From contig JBHGNT010000001.1 of the NCBI GenBank assembly GCA_043228905.1, positions 6,634,001 to 6,698,000 of the forward strand: a stretch of 64,000 nt of DNA, given 5' to 3'. A model generated the notes under the pieces. That model did no database searches. It saw only the letters and a list, made by a program, of their open reading frames with translations, and was not told the DNA's origin. This document shows positions 25,201-36,589 of the stretch, piece by piece (position 1 is the first letter of the stretch; each line of letters starts with the position of its first letter). The stretch is from Azolla caroliniana (Eukaryota; Plantae; Polypodiophyta). The translations under genes and the position numbers were made by a program.

Positions 25201-28200
25201 TAAGTTCACTTTTCGTTTATGTTATTTATTTGTTCATCTTATGTTTACTTTTCGATGGCAGTGTGGAAACTGTTGATGTTGTTGCGTGTTTAGGGGAAAC
25301 TATAAACCTCTTGTGATTGTTATGTCTCATTGTAAGCCTTCCTCTCCCCATAATCATTTTCTTAACTCAATATCTAAGCCTAATGATTGTACTTAGGCAA
25401 AACAATTGTCATTAAATGTGTGGACTAATTGATTATGGTAAAGTCTCTTATCAACTGCGTGGACTAATCGATTGTGGTACTCTTTCAAACAAGTGTTTGT
25501 ATTGTAGTCAAGTCTCTTATTGTAGCCATTTATTCGAGGGATGTAATTAAGCAATATAAGACCGAGTTGTTAGCGTATACTTTACGAGGTCAAGAGTGGT
25601 TGACACATACTCTTGCCCATGTTGGCAACATATGCTAGATAGTAATATATTCCTACACATCAACCTCTAGGTGGTTCTCAAGAAAAACACTTGAATTAAG
25701 TAGTTTTTGGCAAAAACATTGAAACACACTACCCCATAGCCCAATATCCACCTCACTTTTGTCACCACAACTATCACCCTCAACAATATCATTGCTATCC
25801 ATAAAACATCATCAAAATCCAAAGCATGTTGAAGTAGTAGACCATTCAAAAGTTTGGAATTTGGCAACACATCAAGTGAAGTTTGAATGAAACAATATTC
25901 ATTGAACTATTTTGTTTGGCAAAACATTAATAAACGACCCATCAAAGGAACAAATATTTTGCATCAATCTTAACAACGTTCATCTAAGGTAAAAGACAGT
26001 ACAATTTCATCAAGTTGATTCACTAGTTTGTCTATTACTAATACAACAAATAAACAAATGACATTGCATAAACTCTTGCAAAGGGTGTGCACTAAAATTA
26101 TTGCATACAACTACTTGATTGCCTACATTACACAAGCAAAGTCTCATAAAATGGCATTCACATCAAATCACCCATATGGTGTAACAAAGATTATGTATAT
26201 TGCTCCCTAGCGCACATACTATTGATGCCAAAACTATGTGTCCATCTTACATTGCAAATATTGGCTCTTGCAACAAGCATGTGCCACACATAACACCTTG
26301 TCGCATTTGGCATTCTATTTAACATGCAGGTTCATGTAAACATTGTCCTAGACAAAAGTAACTATCATTTGTAGACCGTTTCATGCATTATATGCCCTAA
26401 AATTGGATACCCATCCATCCATGGATTGTCCCAATGTGTGGGTACTATACAATATGGCGTGTGACTTGTAACTCCAACCTATGGTTGCCTAAAAGACTGA
26501 TCACAATATGCTTGCCACAATGTAGTAGCTCTATTCAATAACTCCAAACCATTCCAAAAGTTCTTTAGGTAATGAAGACACCACAATTACGATGGGATTG
26601 ATGTGAAAATCAAAGACTTTATTGGCACAGCCATTTAGGGCAACATGACTACTTCAAGCACATGTCCCCTCACTTCCACGGAGTTAACGCTTCAACATTT
26701 AGGCAATAGTTCTCTTCTCAATTGTCTCAAGCGCCTACCTTACAACTTTTTGGGAGACTAGGAATACCCACCCAACCAAAATAAAACATGATTAGCAACA
26801 CCAATTGGTATCCTTTTGAACAGTGGAAACAAAAGTGAAGCTCACTGTTGCAAACCTTGACACAATGCTTCTCCATCCCGAAGGCAACAAAATACTTGAA
26901 TGTCACCAAGTCCCTTTCCTTGGGTAACACAGATTCAATATTCAAGCATGAACATACAACTTCTTAGAAGGGTTCAATACCTACAACTAGGGGTCTTCAA
27001 ACATAGGAACAACCACTTACAACACTCAATCTAGTCTCCAGAGAAGTGAAGAGATGTCAGATTTTAGTTTTGTGATTGTATCAGGAATGGATAATTCAAA
27101 TAAGTTGAATCGTGCATGCAAGTGACCAATGCTTTTCATCTTTAACATGGCATTACCATAGAATATCAACTGGTGAACTGACCATTATGTTTTCCTTCAA
27201 CAACGTGACATGCTAATTCGAACAAGTTTAATCATACACGCAATTGTCAAATGCTTTTCACCTTTAAGATGGCATTTCTATAGAATATCCGCTGGGGAAC
27301 TGATTGTTACTTTTCCCACAAAGTGACATGCTGGTATTGAATGTCCACATTCCCCAATGTTAAAGAAAAACATTAAATATATAATTAACAACATCTTTGA
27401 TTCGTAAACTACCATGTGAAGAGTTTTTTTCTACATCCTAGTACATTAATAAATTGATGAATCTACAAAGTTTTGGATTTAATTTCTTGTATATCAATAC
27501 ATATTTCTAATTTCGGCAATGTGCATACACATATTACACTAATCTTTCTATTATCCCATCATTACAAGGAGCAAACATTGCTCAACAACTTTGATTATAG
27601 CACTTCTCAACATACTGAAAACCTTAATCCAAGCTGCGGTTTCAAAATACTGAAAACCTTAATCCAAGACATGTACAACTAATATACAATTGGTGAACCC
27701 ATCCTTTTGTAACAATCAACATGCAAACAAACATCCAGGAATATTTTCATAGGTGTCATATAATCATTATTAAAAATTGGACAGCAGATAGCATAGGAAC
27801 TCAATGCTAGATCCCATCAATATTTTAGAGTTTTTGTGGGTAAGAGATACTATGATTCTTTCTAACTAGATTCAGTCACAATCAATTCACCCGTCATTAT
27901 ATGAAGTTACATATGGCAACACTTTGTTTCCTCCAGGAAAGTTTACTTCTTGATGATGAAATGTTGCATAAATTCTGTTTTTGCCAACCTTATACAAATT
28001 CATTCGCCACACTAAGCTCTCTTGAAGCAATATGGTTTAACTACAAAGAATCCAGTCTTTCAATCTTAGAATGAACAAATGGAAAAGTAGTGAGCCAGAA
28101 CCAAGTGACTCATAGTAATGACTCATGGATTTCTCCTCCTACAATTTCCCAGGCTTTTGTCATTTTCTTAGAGGTTTGTCAGTCTAATATTTGTAGAATC

Positions 28201-28554
28201 GCATAAAACAACATACACACATGAACAAACATAAGTATCTCATTGCACAGAACTAAATGCACACAATGGCTCTTTAAAAGAACCTTTTCGAGAAGCCACA
28301 TTCTAAAAGCTTTCATAGCCATTATGAAAATACCAATAATAGAATAAATAATAATACGTAAGAACAAAGATATACAGATACTTACACTGGAATGATATGT
28401 TATCGTTATATTCATAGTTCAAATTATGGATGATCAATACACAAACTCTTATTTACATCTTCCACCTGCAAAAGGTAGGAGCTCAGCTTTATGAAAACTT
28501 AACTAGTAGTAAATAAATAAATCATAGTGCCACATACTAAAGGCATATACCTTC

Positions 28555-31105
28555 TTAGTATGGTGAGTAAGGATAGTAACCCTGAGGAGGACGATGATAA
28601 GGCTCGGGATGGTAAGGCTCGGGATGGTAAGGCTCAGGATGGTAAGGCTCGGGATAGTAAGGCTCAGGATGGTAAGGCCGGGGATGGTAAGGTTGGGGAT
28701 GAGATGTTTGTGGAGGATAAGCTGGAGGATAAGCTTGTTGATAAGCTTGTGGAGGTGGAGGATAAGCTTGCGGAGGCATTGATGGGTATGTAGTAGCCGG
28801 TGCATAGACACCATATGTAAGAGGGGGTGTTGCTGGTGGGTATGCCAAATTAACATGGGCGGCTGAATATTCAGGTCCCAAACTTGGTGATTTTTTCTCC
28901 TAGACAAAAATAAATAATATCGCATTACCATTTTATCAACAAAAAGCCTTTATTGATAAATTTGAGTGAGGGACTTACTGGTTTCTTGTAATGCATGATG
29001 ATTCTGATCTCACCAGCCCTCCTATAAGAATATCATCAACAAAACACTTCCATTTACAGGATATGGTGAGACAAGCGATTTGTCCAGTTTCACATTTTAA
29101 AAACTTACTTTCCACTTCGTCTGGTTAAAGGCCATGCATAATCATGATACCCATCTGATAAGACTGATGTGAGAAGCACTCTGGAAAATATACACAACAT
29201 TAAGGGTATATCAGTGTTTTACCCATGAAAAAGTAGAATTTCAAAGTCAATACTTGCATAATACATTTCAAATTATAAACAGCCATCATCTGTCAAAAGC
29301 TGTCAATTGAGAATAGAAGCTTTTTCTGTGCTCTGTATTCTTTGAGCCATTGAACCAGGCAACGTACAACACGTAAGCCAAATAAGTCTGAATTCATTAA
29401 TAAAAATGCATTTCTTTTTATTTTTTCTGGAGGATCATGACTTACTTTCCAGATCCAATGAAATCATCCGTAGTTAATGTATTACTGTTGTAGACCGTGA
29501 CGTTGATTTCACGAAGGCCTTCTATCAACGGAATAGCATATTTCTCATTGAAAGTGGGGTTTCTTCCGCCATCTACATTCACATCGAGGAAGTATACTGG
29601 TTTATATAATGCTTACCAGAACCTTGGGATTAATATATGCATATTATTCCAAACCTGTATCTGTCTTGGTTTGATATCTGTTGCTTCCATAGTCGAGAAC
29701 CACATAAGGATCTTGTTTTGATATCCATTCGGTATCTTTCAAATTTATGCATCCAATAACTAAAGAAGCATTTTGCATGTGGCAATCAACAAGATATATC
29801 AATTGAATTATCAACATATCCTTGATGTCAGAGTTACATGAGGCAGACAATGGTTGGGATGGGGATGGCATATAAAAATGTGACATTTTTTGAAATACTG
29901 GCCTCTTTTGTGGTTGAATAAACGAGCAAAGAGCATATCTAGTGTCACTGAAGACGATAAAGGATTTTTGTAAGCTAGTAAAAGACATTAGATAAATGTG
30001 TCGATTCCATCTACGTCCTACCCAGCAACACATCACTGGCTTCTCAAGAGGAATCATAACCGGAGGCATAGCTGCAACATCATCCTCAAGGGAACCTCGT
30101 TGATGAAGTTGGGCCTCTGTCAATGCTTTTGGATGCATGGCGCTTAGCATTATAGTCAGTGATTATATCAACCAAGCAGGTTGGCCTCAGTATGACGGAT
30201 ATTGAAGTCATTCTAGAGGGACCCATACAAGACTTCTTCAATTAATTAACCCCCAACACTCATGGAACCAATGAAACGACCTAAACATCTTCAAAGGCTG
30301 TGATTAACTTATGCAATAGTTATTAGCTTCCACCAAAAGATGTGCAGTGGTTGAGTTTTTTCCAATCCTAATCTCCTGTTGTTGAATAAGTTAATCATTA
30401 TTTCAGAACTTGATGGCTGTACTTGAAAACCTTGAGGTCATTTTCACTCATACCCTTGTTCAGCTCAATACCTTCTATTGATACCATCAGCCGCTCTTGC
30501 AAATATAGTATTATTCTATTTTTCCCTACATTCCGTGCCATTTCTTTATATCAGTAGAATATATATTCTATTTACCCTAGCCACAACTTTCCCCTATGTA
30601 CAGGGCTGTTCGTTTGTATTCTACTTACCCTAGGGATGTGTAGTGTCATTTCTTTGTTTATTACCTTTGCTATGGGACATTAGAACAGATACACACTTAT
30701 ATATCTATTCGAATTACCCTACATGCCACTGCAGAAAGTAGAGGTTGAGAGCATGCCCTTCTTTCTGGTCTGCGCTGGACAATCTTAGCAACTGAGCTAC
30801 AACCTTCTGGTCTCTGTGTGTGTTATGAATCTTTTTCAATATGCATACCAAAACAAAAACTTTTCTCACATACGTACGACAAGCAGCAACTATCTCTGCA
30901 ATCTGGGGTTTCTAACAAGAAAGAAAAGACCTTCTTTCTGTCTCCCTCTATATACAATAAATATATTTTAGAGAGCGCAGAGCTGAGAGAGATACAAACA
31001 ATGCAGATCGAAACAGAGGAAGAAGCAGAACAAAAATAAATAAAAAAGAGGGAAGGGAAAGAGCTACATACCCACGATCTCCAGAATATGCCCTTGGATC
31101 GACAT
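28555..31105 (-). CDS. C2 (CaLB) domain protein with Pro/Tyr-rich low-complexity tail (resembles Arabidopsis At4g34150/CaLB1 type)
   Basis: Six GT-AG exons: 31105-31072, 29759-29655, 29572-29446, 29180-29109, 29021-28979, 28899-28555. Splices in frame to MSIQGHILEIVVIGCINLKDTEWISKQDPYV...DGGRNPTFNEK...DDFIGSGKV...AGEIRIIMHY followed by YPP/YHPEP repeats. Confidence 0.92.
28594..28700 (-). repeat. 15-bp coding tandem repeat (PYHPE)x~6
   Basis: GGATGGTAAGGCTCG-type units on the plus strand, translated as YHPRP YHPEP YYPEP YHPEP YHPEP YHPEP. Confidence 0.9.
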
Positions 31106-31328
31106 GTCTCAGAAGGAGCTTAGTGCAGCAGAATGGTCTGTAGATCCTTTACCCTAACCTAATAAGATAACCGGCACCAAGGAAAACAGATAATGATGAT
31201 GAAGAAGAAGAAGAAAGGCCGATCGTTCTTTCCTCGTAGTTCTTTGTTTTTTTGCAGTATTTTTCAAAATCTCCATCCATTTTGACTTCTCATCCGTCCA
31301 TTATAATTTATGATATATTTATTATTTA

Positions 31329-31476
31329 TAGCGGTTCCATTAAACTTCCGACTTCTTACTTAGCGGTTCCATTAAACTCCCGACTTCTTACTTAGCGGTT
31401 CCATTAAACTTCCCACTTCTTCCTTAGCGGTTCCATTAATTTCCCCACTTCCTCCTTAGCGGTTCCATTAAACTTT
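31329..31476. repeat. 32-bp minisatellite, ~4.6 copies, in the C2 gene promoter region
   Basis: TAGCGGTTCCATTAAACTTCCGACTTCTTACT-type units at 31329, 31361, 31393, 31425, 31457. Confidence 0.92.
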
Positions 31477-32270
31477 CCTCCATAACTACATACTGCATAG
31501 CATCACTTGAAAGCTCCAAGATATCTATACCACACCCCTTCTTTTGAACCTTTTCTTTGTTTTATGCTGACATTCCAAGCAAGACGTGGTAATCAATGAT
31601 TTAGCATATTCTGGACTTTCGTAATGTATCTGTATACTCTTTGTAGAGCCAATATCTCTATGTGCCAAACACTTTTTAACGTATTTTAAATCTTCTCAAA
31701 CTCATTCCATGCATTAAGAGGGATAGTGACGTGATATCCCACACTTTTACTCCATAAAGCAAGACTTAACTAACCATGACATTTCTTTCACTTCCCATCC
31801 ATGCGTATCACTTTGGTTGAATGGATTCACTAACATATAATAACTTTTCCAACCAACTTGACACCTAGACTCAAAGCAAACACTCCATTTATTTGTGATG
31901 GGTACATAAATACCAAGATAATTAAATTGTACATGTTATCCCTTACATATATTATAAGTATAAGGCGTTGTGAGGTTGGATGCTTTGCACTACCAACATT
32001 TTTGTTTTCTCTAAATTCACAATCAATCCATTAGTTTTGCAAAATGCTTTATAAATGTTGCATGCCATCCCATCATATGAAGAGAGAGAACAACATCATC
32101 TGCATATGAAAGAAATAAGATGATTTGTCACAAAGTATTAAGAGTACCTAATCCTTACCTCTAGGTGATAATGAACATCCTTGTTTAGCCCCATATTACT
32201 TAAAAAGTATTTTAAAAGTCCACCTAACTTGCTCAAATAATTGTGGAATAACAACTCCACAAAAGAAGGA

Positions 32271-32356
32271 TCCGACCTACCGAGTTCAAACCAGTGACCT
32301 AAGGATTCCAATGCGAACTACAATCCTCCGCTCTCTACCAACTAAGCTAAGGTCAG
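32271..32356 (-). pseudogene. Intron-containing tRNA-Tyr(GTA) pseudogene
   Basis: Minus: CTGACCTTAGCTTAGTTGGTAGAGAGCGGAGGATTGTAG-TTCGCATTGGA-ATCCTTAGGTCACTGGTTTGAACTCGGTAGGTCGGA. This matches the plant cytosolic tRNA-Tyr consensus but has several C>T changes (including T-loop TTCGA>TTTGA) and a 2-nt D-arm insertion. Confidence 0.85.
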
Positions 32357-33347
32357 ATTATGTAATTAACACATCAAAAAATAAGAAATAACCAAGTATT
32401 CAATCTATCACAATGTTAAAGTTCGATAAGCACGAGTATCAAATAGAGGTACTCATTGTAGATGGTTTGAACACAAGTTGGTGCGGTACTCAATGATGAA
32501 CCAAGTTACAATGTCTTTCCTTGCTCAACAAGAAAAAAAAACAAGAGACAACGAAAACTAGCATTTGTAAGATTGTGCTTTGGTATTAACAAAGCAAAGT
32601 CATATGCAACATAAATAGGTGTTGTCATAATATTGTCATAACTAGGCTATATTGTTCACCTCGAAATAGACTTTTCTAGGTGAGTGATGACCACTTCCAA
32701 CAATAAGAATAAGGTTTGTGCTAAGTCACAATTTCATCAATGATTGGAAAAAATGCATCTAGAGGTTAGCACTAGACATGAGAATGGGCCCATCTCACTT
32801 CCTCTGAAAACATGAATAGGTAATAACAAAGTTACTGAAAGGTCAACAAACCAATGTGAAAGATGCTTCCTAATAATAATAAAATCTAGCAAGATACTAA
32901 TATACAAAGCAACTTAGGAGCAGACCAAAAGATTATCTCACAACAAAATGTAACACAAGCCATGAAAATTTGCATTAAGGAGAAGTATATCAATGGCCTC
33001 AGGAGGATAAATTTACTTCAAGCATCTGAGATGGTTGAAGTAGGCATCCGTTTTGGGATGTGGACACATTAAGACCTCTACGATAACCATTTTGTCTTTG
33101 CTAATATGAAGGTTATGCTTTAGTTTATTGTCATGTTTTCTTCACTCTTTTTCTGCCTAATAACTACTCACTCAAATAAAAAACACGTCAGTTTGGCATC
33201 TAGGATCAATTATTGACTGTAATGGTGGCAACCCCTCATGTTCTACAACATTTTCCGAGATGATTCTCATTTCAATAGACAATGTTCACATATCCCTTTG
33301 TTTCATTTCCATTTATGGAAATAATGAATTTATAGTACAAGTGATGG

Positions 33348-35570
33348 TTAAAAATTTGGAAAAGAGAAAGAAAAGTAGTCAGATATGCACATACCAGCTT
33401 CCAGCCATCCATGTTTCTCACAGGAACTAAGGAAAGTTATCCAGACAATATAATTAGGTTCAAATGGCATCTCATGGACCACACATTCTGCCTCATCCAT
33501 ACATCCCGCCCTCCCCAAGATATCAATCATACATATATAATGTTGTATGGTAGGTGTCAGGGTGTGATAATTTATCATGGATTGAAGGTAATAAAACCCC
33601 TCCTCAATCAATCCCCCGTGGTTACATCCAGCTAGAAGACTGATAAAAGTTACTTCATCTGCTCCAAAATCATGGTTTTGCATAGTCTCAAAGTAAGATT
33701 TTGCTTCCACCATATGCCCATGCTCCGCATATGCACAAATTAATGCATTCCATGAAACTCCAGTCTTATTGGGCATTCTCTTGAATAACACATCTGTGTC
33801 ATTTAAGCTACCACATTTGGCATACATATTGATAAGACTATTACAAACAACTAGTTCCTCCTCAAACCCTCTCTTTGCCACATCGGAATGAATAGATCTT
33901 CCTCGATCCAATGCTGCCATGTTGGAACAAGCTTTGAGAATTGCAAGAATTGTATATTCATCTAGTCCAAGCATTATGCTCTCTTTCTCCAACCTTTTTG
34001 ATAATTCCAACGCTCTACAATTGTATCCATTATCTACATAGCCACTGATCATGGTGTTCCAAGATACAATATCTTTTAAGACAAGATTATCGAACATCTT
34101 GTAGGCATCCTCTAGACTACTACATTTTGCATACATGTCAACAAGAGTGTTTCCAAGTGTTGAACCCACCTCAAAGCCTAGCTCCACAACCTCAAAATGG
34201 ATGATTTTGCCACTATCTAGTGCTTCTGTGCTCGAGCATGCTTTAAGAAGGTTCACTAACGTCACTTTGTTTGGCCTTGTTCCATAATTCTTCATCTCTA
34301 CATAAACATTTAATGCTTCATCTCCACATCCATATGAAGTGAGACCTGAAATTAACGCAGACCAAGCCACAACATCCTTAACAAACAAATTTTCGAACAT
34401 AGTTCGAGCATCATCTAATCTACCACATTTTATGTACATGTCAACAAGTGTACTTCCAACAAACTTATCTGATGCAAGCCCAATCTTTGTTAACTCGGCA
34501 TGTGTTGATTTCCCTTTCTCTAGGGCTTCTAGATTTGCACAAGCTTTAAGGACCGATACAAATATGAATCCATCAGCTTGTATACCTTCCTCCCTCATGT
34601 TGTCATATAGATGGAGAGCTTTCTCATCATTTCCATGTTCCTGATACCTTGCAATGACAATAGACCAAGAAACTACATTTCTAACTCTCAGCGCATCGAA
34701 CACTTTATATGCATCTGATAAACTTCCACATGTTGCATACATATCAACAAGAGTGCTTCCAATGAGTACATCCAAGTTGATACCTAGCTTAGTGATGGCA
34801 ATATGGAGTTCTTTTCCTTCTTTTACATCAAATGTGTTCGAACATGCTTTAAGCAAACACAAGAATGTCACTTCATTTGGTTGTATCCCATGCTTCCTCA
34901 TCTCTTTAAATAGTTGAATGGCCTTGTCAGCATAGCCATGTTCAGCGTAGCCTAGAATCATGGAAGAACAAGCTACCACATTTGGGTCGTCCAATCCTTG
35001 AAAAACTTTATATGCATCCAATATACCACCACATTTAGTGTACATATTTATCAAGGTTGTTCCAATATACTTATCCCTTTCAAGTCTCTCTTTTAGGATA
35101 TAGGAATGAACAAGCCTTCCACAATCTACAGAACCAGCATCAGTGTATGACTTGAGGATGCATATAAGCGTGACTTTGTCCGGTTTGAATCCATCCAAAA
35201 CCATTTCTCGAAACAACTGAATCACTCGTGAATGATGGCCATGTCTTTTAAAGCCTTGAATCATCATAGACCATGAAACCACATCTTGAATGCAAGATTT
35301 GAAGAACAATGACCAAGCATCCTCTATATTTCCACATTCAACGTACAACTCAAGCAAAGCATTATAGGTACAGAGGTCATTTTGTATCCCTCGATCAGTA
35401 ATTTCAGTATGTATGAGCATGCCTTCATGTAAAGCCATGTGATTGGCACACGCTTTGAGGGAAGAAATGAGTGTATACAATCTATCTTCCACATCGGTGG
35501 GCTTCAACGAACAATAAAGAAGTAGGTTTTGTTGGATACAACTTCGACACAATGCAGGAAGAGCTGACAT
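33348..35570 (-). CDS. PLS-class pentatricopeptide repeat protein with a partial E domain and no DYW domain (organellar RNA-editing factor type)
   Basis: Intact 740-aa ORF with repeated LVDMYAKCG / VVSWN / VTFLxLLKAC triplets, ending PTIQHYICMIDILGRAG...MPFEPNYIVWITFLSSC. Confidence 0.93.
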   Translation of the reverse strand: MSALPALCRSCIQQNLLLYCSLKPTDVEDRLYTLISSLKACANHMALHEGMLIHTEITDRGIQNDLCTYNALLELYVECGNIEDAWSLFFKSCIQDVVSWSMMIQGFKRHGHHSRVIQLFREMVLDGFKPDKVTLICILKSYTDAGSVDCGRLVHSYILKERLERDKYIGTTLINMYTKCGGILDAYKVFQGLDDPNVVACSSMILGYAEHGYADKAIQLFKEMRKHGIQPNEVTFLCLLKACSNTFDVKEGKELHIAITKLGINLDVLIGSTLVDMYATCGSLSDAYKVFDALRVRNVVSWSIVIARYQEHGNDEKALHLYDNMREEGIQADGFIFVSVLKACANLEALEKGKSTHAELTKIGLASDKFVGSTLVDMYIKCGRLDDARTMFENLFVKDVVAWSALISGLTSYGCGDEALNVYVEMKNYGTRPNKVTLVNLLKACSSTEALDSGKIIHFEVVELGFEVGSTLGNTLVDMYAKCSSLEDAYKMFDNLVLKDIVSWNTMISGYVDNGYNCRALELSKRLEKESIMLGLDEYTILAILKACSNMAALDRGRSIHSDVAKRGFEEELVVCNSLINMYAKCGSLNDTDVLFKRMPNKTGVSWNALICAYAEHGHMVEAKSYFETMQNHDFGADEVTFISLLAGCNHGGLIEEGFYYLQSMINYHTLTPTIQHYICMIDILGRAGCMDEAECVVHEMPFEPNYIVWITFLSSCEKHGWLEAGMCISDYFSFSFPNF

Positions 35571-35757
35571 TTTAGCTCAAAACTCACTGCAAAAATACTC
35601 TACGAATTGGTTACACTTTAATATGGATCAGATACATATATAGATACAATCTAACAGTACAAGTACATATTTTCAACAATACAAGTACATATTTTCAGAT
35701 GAATACATACATATATTCTAAGGAGTTGCAGATGCATATGTACATACACATGCATTA

Positions 35758-35789
<32 letters not shown>

Positions 35790-36589
35790 TAATGCATATG
35801 TATGTGTGCGTATTAATGAGCTTGTTAAGAGCGAAATAGAAAAAGAAAGACAGAAGAAGTGTGTATTACTTACAGGATGTGTCCATAATCAAACCCATGA
35901 CTTGCTTCACTATCATCACCCATACGTAGCTGCTGCTTCTCATTGTCCTAGAAGGAGCTCTGTAATCTCTATTGTGACACTATCATGTATATCACGTTAA
36001 TTCATTCCAGTTATACAGGAATCCATTCTCCAAATCTAATCTAGATGTTCCTGCTAACAATATAGTTAAATAACTTGAAAGGAAATGTGGGCCCCTGGGC
36101 GATTTTCCAACTACATAATATTTCACTAGAGGGTGGATGCATAGCTATTGAAATAGTGTGGCGTGGTATCGAGTCTATTCAAAGATCGTGCATATCTATA
36201 GTGGGGCAAATGATTCTTTTACATTCGAAGTGGATCATGTGTATGTATGAATACGACTAATGCCACACATAACTTGAACCACATTCCAAAGTGCTTATGA
36301 GACAATAATCAGTTTGATCTTAGCCTGTAGAATATGCCATTGTTAACATAAAGTGAACATCTTTCCCCTTAATACACAACATAACCTCCTTTGAGGCATG
36401 GTCAAAAACTATGTTTAGTGAATGGAGACCCTAGATGAGGAAGAGGTATATTTTGTATTGAACTCTGAAACTACAAAAAGTTTACTGAGCATTGAGGGAG
36501 GCTCGAGTCTTCTTAATCTTTCGGGTTGCTCAAAAGTAAGGAAGGAGTTGACAATGTTATCTCTGTTCTTCTACATGTAAATTTGTTAG

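Noticed and set aside
27128-27670. Small two-copy direct repeats (also 51515-51660, 54497-54596, 56672-56792)
   Set aside because: Ordinary local duplications with no ribozyme core, TIR or coding signal.
29760-30490. ORF extension (MLSAMHPK...) in intron 1 of the C2 gene as an alternative N-terminus
   Set aside because: The true exon 1 at 31105-31072 gives the conserved N-terminus, and the candidate donor phase is incompatible with exon 2.
31329-31476. CRISPR-like appearance of the 32-bp repeats
   Set aside because: Eukaryotic context, no unique spacers and no cas genes; it is a minisatellite.
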